Made by a program: the position numbers and the translations under genes. A stretch of DNA of 32,170 nt. It comes from Methanomassiliicoccaceae archaeon. GTDB taxonomy: Archaea; Thermoplasmatota; Thermoplasmata; Methanomassiliicoccales; UBA472. The notes under the pieces were generated by a model, which worked only from the letters and a program-made list of their open reading frames with translations, ran no database searches and had not been told where the DNA came from. Shown here piece after piece: positions 8,452-18,255 of this stretch; the stretch's first letter is position 1, and every line of letters begins with the position of its first letter. The stretch is from contig JACXTP010000121.1 in the NCBI GenBank assembly GCA_016919625.1, forward strand, positions 1-32,170. The letters are read 5' to 3'.

Positions 8452-9180
8452 ATGGCAAGCGAGAGAAAGTTCATCGCTGAGAACATCCGGAGGGTGCTCC
8501 TCAAAGAGTACCTTATGCACACCGTCGACCGCGCTGGCTTCGGAGGAGTGGACGTGCAGCGCACCCCAATGGGTACGCGCGTCACGCTCACCACAGAGAG
8601 GCCAGGCATCGTCATAGGGCGGAAAGGCTCCGCCATCAAGATGCTCACCACTGAGATCGAGAGGCGGTTCAAGTACGACAACCCCCAGATCGAGGTGCAA
8701 GAGGTAGAGGACCCCAACCTGAACGCCCAGATCATGGCAGACAAGCTCGCCTTCGCGCTGGAGCGCGGCTGGCACTTCCGCCGGGCCGGGCACAGCACCG
8801 TGCGCCGCATCATGGACTCCGGGGCCAGAGGATGTCTCATCATCATATCCGGCAAGCTGACTGGGGAGAGGCACCGCACTGAGAAGTTCAAAGAGGGCTA
8901 CATTAAGTACTGCGGCGAGACCCGCCTGCAGTTCGTCAAGACCGGGTTCGCCGTAGCTAAGCTCAAACCTGGCGTAATCGGCGTCAAGGTCGAGATCATG
9001 GACCCGGACGCTAGGTTGCCCGCCGAGATCGATGTCCTGAACCTGGAACAGGCCAAGACGGCCCTCCCGGACATGGTGGAGCAGTTGACACCGAAGGACA
9101 CCTTGATCGACGCCACCGTACCTTTGGACCAATCCCGAACGGAATCCGACTTGGATGACGAGAAGGAGGTGTCCAGCTGA
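8452..9180 (+). CDS. rps3: 30S ribosomal protein uS3
   Basis: 242-aa ORF with a KH domain (VTLTTERPGIVIGRKGSAIK) and the conserved position. Confidence 0.96.
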   Translation: MASERKFIAENIRRVLLKEYLMHTVDRAGFGGVDVQRTPMGTRVTLTTERPGIVIGRKGSAIKMLTTEIERRFKYDNPQIEVQEVEDPNLNAQIMADKLAFALERGWHFRRAGHSTVRRIMDSGARGCLIIISGKLTGERHRTEKFKEGYIKYCGETRLQFVKTGFAVAKLKPGVIGVKVEIMDPDARLPAEIDVLNLEQAKTALPDMVEQLTPKDTLIDATVPLDQSRTESDLDDEKEVSS

Positions 9181-9380
9181 TGGCGCTGATAAGGACATCC
9201 GAGATCCGTGCATTAAGCCCGCAGGAGCGCTCCTCCAAGTTGAAGGAGCTGCAGGATGAGCTTATGCACGAGAAGGGTGCAGCGGCGATGGGCGGTGCCC
9301 CCGCCAGCCCAGGCAAGATCCGCGCGATCAGGACCAACATAGCCAGAATCCTCACCATCCAGAAGGAGGAAGGTAAGTAA
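9180..9380 (+). CDS. rpl29: 50S ribosomal protein uL29
   Basis: 66-aa ORF with SEIRALSPQERSSKLKELQDELM. Its start overlaps the uS3 stop (tgATG). Confidence 0.93.
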   Translation: MALIRTSEIRALSPQERSSKLKELQDELMHEKGAAAMGGAPASPGKIRAIRTNIARILTIQKEEGK

Positions 9381-9679
9381 TGGCCGAGATTTGCTCCGTG
9401 TGTGGACTACCAAAAGAGCTGTGCATGTGCGAGGAGATCGCGCGTGAGCACACATCGGTCCGGATTTACACGGACAGCCGCCGCTATGGGAAGGTCGTCA
9501 CCGTCGTTGAGGGAATCGACGACAACGACATCGACCTGGATGACCTGGCGAAGAAGCTGAAGAACAAGTGCGCCGCCGGCGGGACGGCCAAAGAAGGCAA
9601 GATCGAGCTCCAGGGAGACCACAAGAAAAAGGTCAAAGAATTCCTGGAAGAGATGGGCTTCAAGACTGAGGTCAGATGA
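9380..9679 (+). CDS. Translation initiation factor aIF1 (SUI1 family)
   Basis: 99-aa ORF with an N-terminal Cys knuckle (CSVCGLPKELCMC) and the SUI1 core (RRYGKVVTVVEGI...LKNKCAAGGTAKEGKIELQGDHKKKV). Confidence 0.9.
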   Translation: MAEICSVCGLPKELCMCEEIAREHTSVRIYTDSRRYGKVVTVVEGIDDNDIDLDDLAKKLKNKCAAGGTAKEGKIELQGDHKKKVKEFLEEMGFKTEVR

Positions 9680-9686
9680 TCCATCT

Positions 9687-9947
9687 ATGGATAAGAGGGA
9701 TTTCATGAGGCAAGAGTTCATCGGTCTGGAGGTTGAGGTGGTGGCATCGGGCCACCCAGGTTACTTCATGCACGGCATCGTGATGGACGAGACCAAGAAC
9801 ACCATCACCATCTCAGACGGTGCTCGAGAGCGCATGGTCCCCAAACGCGGCAACGAGTTCGAGTTCACATTCGAGAGCAAAAGGTTCAGGGTGCTCGGGT
9901 CGGAGATCCAGCATCGACCAGAGGACCGTATCAAGAAGATTAGGTGA
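9687..9947 (+). CDS. rnp1: RNase P protein component 1 (Rpp29/Pop4 homolog)
   Basis: 86-aa ORF with FIGLEVEVVASGHPGYFMHGIVMDETKNTITI, in the conserved slot before uS17. Confidence 0.88.
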   Translation: MDKRDFMRQEFIGLEVEVVASGHPGYFMHGIVMDETKNTITISDGARERMVPKRGNEFEFTFESKRFRVLGSEIQHRPEDRIKKIR

Positions 9948-9953
9948 TCTTAT

Positions 9954-10283
9954 ATGAATGGTGAGGTCAGGGACATTGGCATTGATGTAAAGGCCCCAAA
10001 GAACGTGTGCGATGACAAGCACTGCCCCTTCCACGGCAATCTGCCGGTGAGGGGTCAGGTCATCGACGGGGTCGTCGTATCCATCAAGATGAACCGCACA
10101 GCGGTGGTGGAGCGCAACTACTTGAAATATGATCAGAAGTACGAAAGGTACGAGAAGCGGACCAGCCGGTATTCCGTGCACAACCCGCCCTGTCTTGAGA
10201 TCAAGACTGGGGACGAGGTCAAGATCATGGAGTGCCGGTCGCTCAGCAAGACCGTCTCGTTCGTCATCGTCGAGAAGAGGTGA
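9954..10283 (+). CDS. rps17: 30S ribosomal protein uS17
   Basis: 109-aa ORF with CDDKHCPFHGNLPVRGQV and GDEVKIMECRSLSKTVSFVIVE. Confidence 0.95.
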   Translation: MNGEVRDIGIDVKAPKNVCDDKHCPFHGNLPVRGQVIDGVVVSIKMNRTAVVERNYLKYDQKYERYEKRTSRYSVHNPPCLEIKTGDEVKIMECRSLSKTVSFVIVEKR

Positions 10284-10288
10284 AGTGC

Positions 10289-10687
10289 ATGAAAGGATTG
10301 GCCGGAAAGCAGACCAAGGGAGTCATCACTGGCACCAACCTCGACGTCATCGATAACACCGGAGCGAAGATCATAAGGGTCATCGCCGTGCCGGGATATC
10401 ATGGCGTGAACCGCCGCTGCCCCAGCGCATCGGTGGGGGACATTGTCGTGGCTAGCGTGAAGAAGGGCACCCCAGAGATGAGACGTCAGATCGTCTATGC
10501 AGTGATCGTCCGTCAAAGGCGGCCGTTCCGACGCGCTGACGGTACAATGGTGCACTTCGAAGACAACGCCGCCGTGATCACGACCGAGGAGGGCGAGACG
10601 AAGGGCAGCGATATCAAGGGACCTGTAGCGAGAGAGGCCGCCGAGCGGTGGCCGCGTATCGCCGCGACCGCGTCCACCATCATCTGA
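10289..10687 (+). CDS. rpl14: 50S ribosomal protein uL14
   Basis: The track ORF (10232) starts inside uS17. The ATG at 10289 follows gaggtga and gives MKGLAGKQTKGVITGTNLDVIDNTGAK. Confidence 0.94.
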   Translation: MKGLAGKQTKGVITGTNLDVIDNTGAKIIRVIAVPGYHGVNRRCPSASVGDIVVASVKKGTPEMRRQIVYAVIVRQRRPFRRADGTMVHFEDNAAVITTEEGETKGSDIKGPVAREAAERWPRIAATASTII

Positions 10688-10697
10688 GGTGAGGGAA

Positions 10698-11072
10698 ATG
10701 AACAAGAGCGTTCAAGCGAGGAAGCAGAGGAAGAGGCTATACAACGCCCCCACTCACGTGAAGAGCCGGATGGTGGCCTCTCATCTCAGCCCTGAGCTGA
10801 GAAAGGAGTTCGACCGTCGCTCCGCCCGCGTGGTAGCCGGCGACACCGTAAAGGTGCTGCGCGGGGACGCCGAGATCGTCGGCGTTGAAGGGAAGGTCAC
10901 CAAGGTTGACACCCAGACCGGAAGGATCATGGTCGAAGGCATGACCATGCCGAAGGCCGACGGTACCATGGAGGGGCGCGCTGTGCATGCCTCCAACGTC
11001 GAGATAATAAAATTGGACCTTAAGGACGCCTGGAGGAAGGCAAGGCTCCAGAAGAAGGAGGTATCCTCATGA
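10698..11072 (+). CDS. rpl24: 50S ribosomal protein uL24
   Basis: The track start 10689 is a GTG. The ATG at 10698 follows gaggtgaggg and gives MNKSVQARKQRKRLYNAP. A KOW motif is present (GDTVKVLRGDAEIVGVEGKV). Confidence 0.93.
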   Translation: MNKSVQARKQRKRLYNAPTHVKSRMVASHLSPELRKEFDRRSARVVAGDTVKVLRGDAEIVGVEGKVTKVDTQTGRIMVEGMTMPKADGTMEGRAVHASNVEIIKLDLKDAWRKARLQKKEVSS

Positions 11073-11773
11073 GCAACGATATGAAGAGAGTGACGGCCCC
11101 TAGAAGCTGGCCGATTCCGCGCAAGACCACGGTCTGGATCACCAGCACCGCGCCAGGCGCCCACCAGAAGGAGTGGAGCATGCCGATCATGATCGTCATC
11201 CGCGACATGCTCGGCCTATGCGACAATGCCTCCGAAGGCGTCAAGATATTGTCAGGACGGGACGTCCTAGTGGACGGCAGGGTCGTGACCGACCCCAAGT
11301 TCCCGGTCGGCTTAATGGACGTCGTCTCCATCCCCAAGATCAACCAGCATTATCGCATGCTTCTGGACCGCAATGGCAAGTTGCGCCTGGTCTCGGTAAC
11401 CGAGGGCAGGGAAAAGTGGAAGCTGTGCCGCATCGACGGAAAGACCACGGTGAAGGGTGGTAAGACCCAGCTCAACCTGCATGATGGACGGTGCGTACTA
11501 GTGGAGAAGGACCACTTCCACTGCGGCGACGTGGTGAAGCTGGAGGTCCCATCCCAAAAGATCCTTGAGACCTACAAGTTCGGCAAGGGCAACGTGGCGC
11601 TCATCGTGAGCGGCGTGCACGCCGGCGAGATCGGGGTCATCGAGGAGTACGTCATTACCCGCAGCTCCGCCCCTAACCTGGTAAGGATGAAGGACGGGAA
11701 CCTCACCATCCGCGACAATGCATTCGTCATCGGCACCAAGGTGCCGGAGATCACCCTGCCGGAGGCGAACTGA
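11069..11773 (+). CDS. rps4e: 30S ribosomal protein eS4
   Basis: 234-aa ORF with MKRVTAPRSWPIPRKT. It overlaps uL24 by ATGA. Confidence 0.95.
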   Translation: MSNDMKRVTAPRSWPIPRKTTVWITSTAPGAHQKEWSMPIMIVIRDMLGLCDNASEGVKILSGRDVLVDGRVVTDPKFPVGLMDVVSIPKINQHYRMLLDRNGKLRLVSVTEGREKWKLCRIDGKTTVKGGKTQLNLHDGRCVLVEKDHFHCGDVVKLEVPSQKILETYKFGKGNVALIVSGVHAGEIGVIEEYVITRSSAPNLVRMKDGNLTIRDNAFVIGTKVPEITLPEAN

Positions 11774-11774
11774 G

Positions 11775-12287
11775 ATGTCAGACGTGATGAGGCAGCCCCG
11801 AGTGGAGAAGGTCTCGGTCAACATAGGCGTGGGCGAGGCCGGCGAGCGCCTGGTGAAGGCACAGAAGGTGTTGGAGATGGTCACCGGGCAGAAGCCCCGC
11901 GTCACCATAGCTAAGGTCACCAACCGCGACCTCGGCGTGAGGGAAGGCATGCCCATCGGGTGCAAGGTCACCCTGAGGGGAGAGAGGGCCGAGACGTTCC
12001 TGAAGAAGGCCCTATGGGTGCGCGAGAACCGCGTGGCCATGTGGTCCTTCGACCCGGAGGGCAACCTGTCCTTCGGCATATCCGACTACACTGACTTCGA
12101 AGGCATGAAGTACGATCCCGAGATCGGCATCTTTGGCATGGACGTGAACGTCGTCATCTGCCGGCCCGGGAGGCGTGTGGCCAGGCGCAGGGTCATGAAG
12201 CGCACGATCCCGCACAGCCACCGCATGACCCGCCAAGAGGCGGCCGTTTTCATGAAGGAGAAGTACAACATCGAGGTGATGGAATGA
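11775..12287 (+). CDS. rpl5: 50S ribosomal protein uL5
   Basis: The track ORF (11718) starts inside eS4. The ATG at 11775, one nt after the eS4 stop, gives [26 protein letters not shown]. Confidence 0.94.
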   Translation: MSDVMRQPRVEKVSVNIGVGEAGERLVKAQKVLEMVTGQKPRVTIAKVTNRDLGVREGMPIGCKVTLRGERAETFLKKALWVRENRVAMWSFDPEGNLSFGISDYTDFEGMKYDPEIGIFGMDVNVVICRPGRRVARRRVMKRTIPHSHRMTRQEAAVFMKEKYNIEVME

Positions 12288-12430
12288 AGCCCAAGAAGAA
12301 GTTCGGGCGGACCGAAGGCTGCACGCGCTGTGGTAGGAAGAGGGGCATGATCAGGAGGTACGGCATGCACCTTTGCAGACAGTGCTTCCGCGAGATCGCT
12401 CCGCAGATCGGATTCAAGAAGTATTCATGA
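12284..12430 (+). CDS. rps14: 30S ribosomal protein uS14 (zinc-type, 48 aa)
   Basis: Too short for the track; translated by hand as [48 protein letters not shown]. It has CxxC...CxxC, overlaps the uL5 stop by ATGA, and sits in the expected slot. Confidence 0.93.
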   Translation: MKPKKKFGRTEGCTRCGRKRGMIRRYGMHLCRQCFREIAPQIGFKKYS

Positions 12431-12439
12431 GGTGAGCAC

Positions 12440-12829
12440 ATGCAGAACGACCCATTGAACGATGCTATGTCGACCATCAAGAATGCGTCGATGGTAGGCA
12501 AGAACGAATGCATCATCAGGCCGTCCTCCAAACTGATCGGGCGCGTGCTCAAGGTCATGCAGGAGAACGGTTACATCAACCAGTTCGAGTTCGTAGAAGA
12601 TGGAAAGGCCGGCGTCTTCAAAGTGAAGATCGAAGGCAGGATCAACAACTGCGGCGTCATCAAGCCCAGGTACTCCATCAAGAAGGTGGACCTGGAACAG
12701 TGGGAGTCCCGTTATCTCCCCGCCCAGGACTTCGGCGTGCTGATACTCTCCACCACGGAGGGCGTCATAAGCCACGTCCAAGCCCGGGAGCTCGGTGTGG
12801 GCGGCAAGCTGTTGGCGTTCGTGTACTGA
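12440..12829 (+). CDS. rps8: 30S ribosomal protein uS8
   Basis: 129-aa ORF starting [16 protein letters not shown], preceded by ggtga. Confidence 0.95.
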   Translation: MQNDPLNDAMSTIKNASMVGKNECIIRPSSKLIGRVLKVMQENGYINQFEFVEDGKAGVFKVKIEGRINNCGVIKPRYSIKKVDLEQWESRYLPAQDFGVLILSTTEGVISHVQARELGVGGKLLAFVY

Positions 12830-12839
12830 GGTGATTTGG

Positions 12840-13388
12840 ATGGTAGTGACAGGGCATATCGAAGAGAAGATCGAGGTACCCAAGGGCGTCCAGGTCACCA
12901 TGGCCGGTCAAAAGCTGACCGTCAAGGGACCCAACGGCACCCTGACCAGGGACTTCGCCCATGAAAAGGTGAAGATGAAGGTGGACGGCGGCCACGTGGA
13001 AGTGAGCTGCGAGATGCCGCGCACCGCGGAAAAGGCGCTGGTAGGCACATACGGATCGCACGTGCGCAACATGTTCGGCGGAGTGACCCATGGCTGGGAG
13101 TACGAGATGAAGATCGTCTACTCGCACTTCCCCATCAAGGCGGCCACCAAGGGGAACAAGTTCATCATAGAGAACTTCCTCGGGGAGAAGGCGCCAAGGC
13201 AGGCCAACATCATCGGGGACACGAAGGTCCAGGTCAAAGGGAACGAGGTCATCGCCACCGGGGCGGACCTGGAATCAGTCTCACAGACCGCGGCCAACAT
13301 CGAAAGGGCCACCCGCATCAAGGGATTCGACCCCAGGGTGTTCCAGGACGGAATATACATCACTGAGAAGGCCAGGAGGGCGAAGTAA
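12840..13388 (+). CDS. rpl6: 50S ribosomal protein uL6
   Basis: The track ORF (12795) starts inside uS8. The ATG at 12840 follows gaggtga and gives MVVTGHIEEKIEVPKGVQVTMAGQKLTVKGPNG. Confidence 0.94.
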   Translation: MVVTGHIEEKIEVPKGVQVTMAGQKLTVKGPNGTLTRDFAHEKVKMKVDGGHVEVSCEMPRTAEKALVGTYGSHVRNMFGGVTHGWEYEMKIVYSHFPIKAATKGNKFIIENFLGEKAPRQANIIGDTKVQVKGNEVIATGADLESVSQTAANIERATRIKGFDPRVFQDGIYITEKARRAK

Positions 13389-14077
13389 TGGCTAAGAAGA
13401 AGAAGTTGGAACAGCTTTCCGACCTTCCATACTACAGGGAGGGGTACACCGAGCAGCTGGAGAAGATGGGCATAACCAATCTCCAGGAGCTCTTGGACGC
13501 GCTCCTCGTCGATGACAAGAAGAAGCAGATCGTGGACGAGCTCGACGGAGTCGGCAAGAAAGTGGCAGACCACTGGGCCGAGGTAATCGAGGAGTCCGGC
13601 GTCACCCCCACCGAGGCCAAGGAAGACAAGGCAGAGGTCGTAGAGACGGAGGCCGCCGTGGTCGAGGAGGGCGAATACGTCACAAAGCGCAAGCCCGAGC
13701 TCGACGACCAGACGAAGGCATTGCTGCTCAAGCGCAAGGAGATCGACTCCCGCCGCCCCCAGTTCCTTCGCCAGGAGTGGTTCCGATACCAGAAGCTCGA
13801 GGGCAAGTGGAGGAAGCCGCGCGGCATGCACAGCAAGATGCGCCGCCACTATGGCTACCGCCCGCCCATCGTGTCCATCGGGTACCGTGGCCCGGCAGAG
13901 GTCAGGGGCCTGCATCCCTCTGGATTCAAAGAGGTAATGGTCTTCAACGTCAGCCAATTGAACGGTATCGACCCCAAGGTCCAAGCCGTCCGCATCGGCG
14001 GAACCGTGGGGGCGAGGAAGAGGGGCGACATAATCGCCAAGGCGGACCAGGAAGGGATCCGCGTACTCAACAGATGA
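13388..14077 (+). CDS. rpl32e: 50S ribosomal protein eL32 with a ~100-aa N-terminal extension
   Basis: 229-aa ORF. The C-terminal part (RPQFLRQEWFRYQKLEGKWRKPRGMHSKMR...VRIGGTVGARKR) is the eL32 core. The N-terminal part carries HhH-like segments and an acidic linker. Confidence 0.92.
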   Translation: MAKKKKLEQLSDLPYYREGYTEQLEKMGITNLQELLDALLVDDKKKQIVDELDGVGKKVADHWAEVIEESGVTPTEAKEDKAEVVETEAAVVEEGEYVTKRKPELDDQTKALLLKRKEIDSRRPQFLRQEWFRYQKLEGKWRKPRGMHSKMRRHYGYRPPIVSIGYRGPAEVRGLHPSGFKEVMVFNVSQLNGIDPKVQAVRIGGTVGARKRGDIIAKADQEGIRVLNR

Positions 14078-14098
14078 ATTTGAACAGGAAGTGAAATA

Positions 14099-14554
14099 AT
14101 GGATCTGAAGAACCAGAAGCGCATGGCGGCTGACATCCTCGGCTGTGGTCATTCCAGGGTTTGGATCGACCCGAACCAGATCGAGGACGTCGCGGACGCC
14201 ATTACCCGTGCCGACATCAGGAAGGCGATCGAAGCCGGGTCCATCCGCGCCCTCCCCAAGACGGGGGTTTCCCGCGGCCGGGCGAGATACAGGCTCGCCC
14301 AGAAGAGCAAGGGCCGCCGGCGTGGACAGGGCAGCAGAAAGGGTACCGCCGGAGCGCGTACACCGAGGAAGCAGAGGTGGATACGCACCATTCGCCCCAT
14401 TCGGGAAATGTTGCGCGAGATGCGCGACACCGGAAAGATAACGCGGAGCGTCTACCGCCAGTTCTACCGGAAGTCGAAGGGCGGTATGTTCAGGAGCAAG
14501 CGTCAGCTGATGCTGCACCTCAAGACCGAGGGACACCTTAAGGAGGTTAACTGA
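14099..14554 (+). CDS. rpl19e: 50S ribosomal protein eL19
   Basis: 151-aa ORF starting MDLKNQKRMAADILGCGHSRVWIDPN. Confidence 0.95.
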   Translation: MDLKNQKRMAADILGCGHSRVWIDPNQIEDVADAITRADIRKAIEAGSIRALPKTGVSRGRARYRLAQKSKGRRRGQGSRKGTAGARTPRKQRWIRTIRPIREMLREMRDTGKITRSVYRQFYRKSKGGMFRSKRQLMLHLKTEGHLKEVN

Positions 14555-15054
14555 TGGCCCATGGACCGCGATATAAGGTCCCGTTCCGGCGCCGCCGGGA
14601 GGGACGCACCGACTACAGACAGAGGGCCAGGTTGCTTCGGGGCCACGTGCCTCGGGCGGTGGTCCGTGTCACGCTGCGCAACGTCAGCGTACAGTTGATC
14701 GATTATGACCCCAAGGGCGACCGCGTGGTCGTCGTTGCCCACTCCCGTGAACTGGTGGAGATGGGTTGGGACCAGGCCACCGGGAACATCCCGGCCGCCT
14801 ACCTGACCGGCTACCTGGCCGGCAGGAGGGCAAAGCAGAAGGGCTTGAGCAATGCCGTGCTGGACATCGGCCTTAAGGAGCCCACCAAGGGCTCTGGCGT
14901 CTTCGCCGCCCTGAAGGGCCTGGTGGACGCCGGCCTGGAGATCCCCCATGGCAAGGACGTGCTGCCCTCAAAGGAGAGGTTGATGGGGAAGCACATCGGC
15001 GATGATGTGGAAAAGATGGTTCAGAACGTAAAGACCCGCATGGAGGCGAACTGA
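14554..15054 (+). CDS. rpl18: 50S ribosomal protein uL18
   Basis: 166-aa ORF starting [24 protein letters not shown]. Its start overlaps the eL19 stop. Confidence 0.95.
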   Translation: MAHGPRYKVPFRRRREGRTDYRQRARLLRGHVPRAVVRVTLRNVSVQLIDYDPKGDRVVVVAHSRELVEMGWDQATGNIPAAYLTGYLAGRRAKQKGLSNAVLDIGLKEPTKGSGVFAALKGLVDAGLEIPHGKDVLPSKERLMGKHIGDDVEKMVQNVKTRMEAN

Positions 15055-15055
15055 T

Positions 15056-15742
15056 ATGGATTGGGTTCCGAAGACAAGGTTGGGCCGAATGGTGCTCAAC
15101 GGAGAGATCACAACCATGAGCCAGGCCCTTGCCACGAAGCTCCCGCTTCGCGAGGCCGAGATCGTGGACATCCTTCTCCCAGACCTCAAGGACGAGGTCA
15201 TAGACGTCAACATCGTGCAGAGGATGACCGACTCAGGCCGAAGGGTCAAGTTCCGTATCACAGTGGTGGTCGGTAATGGCGATGGCTTCGTCGGCATCGG
15301 TCGGTGCAAGGGAAAGGAGGTCGGGCCTTCCATACGAAAGGCCATCGACAACGCCAAACTGCACATGATCGAGATCAAGCGCGGTTGCGGCTCCTGGGAA
15401 TGTGGTTGCGGCACGCCCCACTCGTTGCCTTTCGAGGTCACGGGCAAGTCGGGCAGCGTCGAGGTCACCCTCAAGCCCGCCCCGCGCGGCATCACCCTGG
15501 CGGTCGGCGACGTGGCCAAGAGCATTTGCTCCCTGGCCGGCGTCAAGGACTCCTGGGGCTTCGTGGGCGGACACACTAAGACCACCGTCAACTACGCCTA
15601 CGCCACCTACAACGCATTGAAGAAGACCTCCGAGTTCCGCGTCACCGAGGAGCAGTCCCAGAAGCTGAAGATCGTCTCTGGGCCGGTCATGGTGCACATG
15701 GCGGAGCAACAGCTCGACGTCCCGCCCGCCCAGGAGGACTGA
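15056..15742 (+). CDS. rps5: 30S ribosomal protein uS5
   Basis: 228-aa ORF with [27 protein letters not shown]. Confidence 0.95.
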   Translation: MDWVPKTRLGRMVLNGEITTMSQALATKLPLREAEIVDILLPDLKDEVIDVNIVQRMTDSGRRVKFRITVVVGNGDGFVGIGRCKGKEVGPSIRKAIDNAKLHMIEIKRGCGSWECGCGTPHSLPFEVTGKSGSVEVTLKPAPRGITLAVGDVAKSICSLAGVKDSWGFVGGHTKTTVNYAYATYNALKKTSEFRVTEEQSQKLKIVSGPVMVHMAEQQLDVPPAQED

Positions 15743-15747
15743 GCCCC

Positions 15748-16212
15748 ATGGCCTATGCAGTTGTTAGGGTCAGGGGACACTCCAAGGTGAACCACGACAT
15801 CGAGGACACCATGCTCATGATGAAGCTGAACCGGGTAAACCACTGCGTCATACTGCCCGAGAACGACACCGTCAAGGGCATGCTACAGAAGACCAAGGAC
15901 TATGTCACCTTTGGCGAGGTCTCCGAGCAGACCTTGGCCCGCATGGTGAAGTTCCGTGGCCGCCTGGTGGGCGACAAGGCCATCGACGACGAAGTGGTCA
16001 AGGAGAGGACGGAGTACAGCTCCATCCTCGCCCTGTCCAGGGCCGTCTGCGCCAACGAATATACATATGCCAAGATGAAGGACGTCAAACCCCTATTCCG
16101 CCTTACGCCTCCGCGCAAGGGGTATGAGGGAGTGAAGCGGTCCTTCCAGAACGGTGGTGCCCTGGGTTACCGTGGCGCCAAGATCAACGACCTCATCCAA
16201 AGGATGATGTGA
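15748..16212 (+). CDS. rpl30: 50S ribosomal protein uL30
   Basis: 154-aa ORF starting MAYAVVRVRGHSKVNHDIEDTMLMMKLNRVNHCV. Confidence 0.94.
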   Translation: MAYAVVRVRGHSKVNHDIEDTMLMMKLNRVNHCVILPENDTVKGMLQKTKDYVTFGEVSEQTLARMVKFRGRLVGDKAIDDEVVKERTEYSSILALSRAVCANEYTYAKMKDVKPLFRLTPPRKGYEGVKRSFQNGGALGYRGAKINDLIQRMM

Positions 16213-16228
16213 TAGGGAGGTTGAGATA

Positions 16229-16654
16229 ATGGTTAGCAGGACCGATAAGTTCAGAGGATCCAGGACCCACGGACGCGGCAAAAAGTCCGGCAGGGGCGCA
16301 GGCAAGCACGGCGGTACGGGAAACGCCGGTCTTCACAAGCACAAGGTCATGCACATGCTGAAGTACATGCCTGACCACTTCGGTCGGCATGGCTTCAAGA
16401 GGCCGCAGAAGGTCGTCTGCGCCAAGGTCACCATGAACGTCAGCGAGCTGGAGGAGAGACTGGAAGGACTGATGAAGGACGGTTACGCTGTCAAGGAAGG
16501 GAAGGCCCTCAAGGTCGACCTTAACAAGATGGGCGTGGACAAGCTTCTCGGGTCCGGCCAGATCTCCACCGCCGTCGATGTGATGGTGTCCGAGTGCACC
16601 GAGACGGCGAAGGCGAAGGTTGAAGAAGCTGGTGGGCATATCCTCACGCCATAA
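16229..16654 (+). CDS. rpl15: 50S ribosomal protein uL15
   Basis: 141-aa ORF with KFRGSRTHGRGKKSGRGAGKHGGTGNAG. Confidence 0.94.
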   Translation: MVSRTDKFRGSRTHGRGKKSGRGAGKHGGTGNAGLHKHKVMHMLKYMPDHFGRHGFKRPQKVVCAKVTMNVSELEERLEGLMKDGYAVKEGKALKVDLNKMGVDKLLGSGQISTAVDVMVSECTETAKAKVEEAGGHILTP

Positions 16655-16665
16655 CCTAGCAGGGG

Positions 16666-18252
16666 ATGGAGATGGCGGAGGAGACGAAGAGCCGGCTTTA
16701 TCGCTTTAAGCCGTACACCGACAGATTACCGGCAGTCAAGAAGCCGGAGGGCCACGTCCACTTCAGGACGAAGATGCTTTGGGTCGTTCTGATCCTGGTC
16801 CTCTATTTCTTCATGACGAACGTGTACATCTACGGTTTGGACCAGGAACAGACGGTAGACCTTTTTGCCCAGTACCGTGCCATTCTGGCCGGTGCCTCGG
16901 GATCACTGATGCAGCTCGGCATAGGGCCGATAGTGACTGCGTCCATCATCATGCAGCTCTTCGTCGGCGCCCAGATCATCAAGCTGGACCTGACCAACAA
17001 GGAAGACAAGGCGGTGTACCAGAGCTTCCAGAAGTTCCTGGTCATCATCATGATCGTCGTAGAGGCCGTGCCCCAGGTGTTCGGTTACCTGGTGCCATCG
17101 GCCACTTTCGTCGATACTTTGAACGGCGTGGTCGGTTCTGGAGAATACATCAACGGACTGAACCTGGCCCGTCTGATAATCGTCCTCCAGCTCTTCGCCG
17201 GTTCGTACATCGTGTTCCTAATGGACGAAGTGGTGTCCAAATGGGGCATAGGGAGCGGTATTTCGCTGTTCATCGCCGCGGGCGTAGCGCAGGCCTTGGT
17301 CACAGGTACCATCAACTGGGAGCCGGTAACGGCGGGCGACCCGCTGAGCATCCAGAACCCTCCGGCCGGAACCATCCCAAAAACGTTCTATATCATCCAA
17401 CATACGTCGGCCAGTGGGCTCATTAACGGAGGTTATGAACAGATAATGTTCGCGCCACCCAATCCTATGATCGCCCTCATCGGCACGATAATCATATTCA
17501 TGTTCGTCGCGTACATCGAATCGGTGCGTATCGAGCTCCCATTGGCCCATGGCACGGCCAGAGGGGCTCGCGGCCGATACCCGATCAAGCTGTTGTACGC
17601 GTCCAACATCCCGGTCATCTTGATGGCGGCCCTCTTGGCCAACTTCCAGATGATAACGCTGCTGCTGTACACCAATCCCACTTTGAGCCAGATACCGCTC
17701 ATCGGTGGCAACCCGTCATTGGGTTACTTCGTACCACCTTCCACCTTCCCGCAGGGCGGTCTCGCTTGGTACGTATCCTCCCCACAGGGGGTGAGCAGTT
17801 GGTTGATGCCGATACTGGATCCAGCTACCTACGGGTATCTTGCTTACGACCATACCAACTTCGAGATCATGGTGCACGTCACCGTGTTCTTCTCGATCAT
17901 GGTCATCGGTTCGATCCTGTTCGCCAAATTCTGGATCATGACCACTAATATGGGCCCAGAGGCGGTGGCAAGACAGATAGAGTCCAGCGGACTGCAGATA
18001 CCAGGCTTCCGTCGTGACCCACGCGTGCTCAAACGGGTGCTGGAGAGGTATATCCCTGTGGTCACGGTCATCAGCGGTGCCACCGTTGGTGCTCTGGCGG
18101 CAGGTGCCGACCTGATAGGTACGGTGGGCAATGCCAGCGGTACCGGTGTGCTGCTGACCGTGGGCATCATGATCCAGTTCTACGAGGCCATAGGCCGGGA
18201 GCAGATGATGGAGATGCACCCAGTGCTGAGGGGCTTCTTCGGAGGCGAGTGA
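16666..18252 (+). CDS. secY: Preprotein translocase subunit SecY
   Basis: 528-aa polytopic membrane ORF with LPAVKKPEGHVHFRTKMLWVVLILVLYFFMTN and GIGPIVTASIIMQL, in the conserved position after uL15. Confidence 0.95.
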   Translation: MEMAEETKSRLYRFKPYTDRLPAVKKPEGHVHFRTKMLWVVLILVLYFFMTNVYIYGLDQEQTVDLFAQYRAILAGASGSLMQLGIGPIVTASIIMQLFVGAQIIKLDLTNKEDKAVYQSFQKFLVIIMIVVEAVPQVFGYLVPSATFVDTLNGVVGSGEYINGLNLARLIIVLQLFAGSYIVFLMDEVVSKWGIGSGISLFIAAGVAQALVTGTINWEPVTAGDPLSIQNPPAGTIPKTFYIIQHTSASGLINGGYEQIMFAPPNPMIALIGTIIIFMFVAYIESVRIELPLAHGTARGARGRYPIKLLYASNIPVILMAALLANFQMITLLLYTNPTLSQIPLIGGNPSLGYFVPPSTFPQGGLAWYVSSPQGVSSWLMPILDPATYGYLAYDHTNFEIMVHVTVFFSIMVIGSILFAKFWIMTTNMGPEAVARQIESSGLQIPGFRRDPRVLKRVLERYIPVVTVISGATVGALAAGADLIGTVGNASGTGVLLTVGIMIQFYEAIGREQMMEMHPVLRGFFGGE

Positions 18253-18255
18253 TAG

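Noticed and set aside
10232-10288. N-terminally extended versions of track ORFs (uL14 10232, uL5 11718, uL6 12795, cmk 18837, cbf5 19456, permease 28359, PRTase 30736, uL22 7990, uL23 6523, uL24 10689)
   Set aside because: The extensions overlap the preceding gene in another frame and have wrong-frame composition, and several start at GTG. In each case an internal ATG with a GGTGA-type SD or an ATGA/TGATG overlap gives the family-typical N-terminus.
13118-14536. 472-aa minus-strand ORF, one of the longest in the track
   Set aside because: It is entirely antisense to uL6, eL32 and eL19, which are unambiguous. Its sequence is Leu/Ala/Arg/Gly/Pro/His-rich with no recognisable motif. This is the typical shadow ORF of a high-GC region with few antisense stops.
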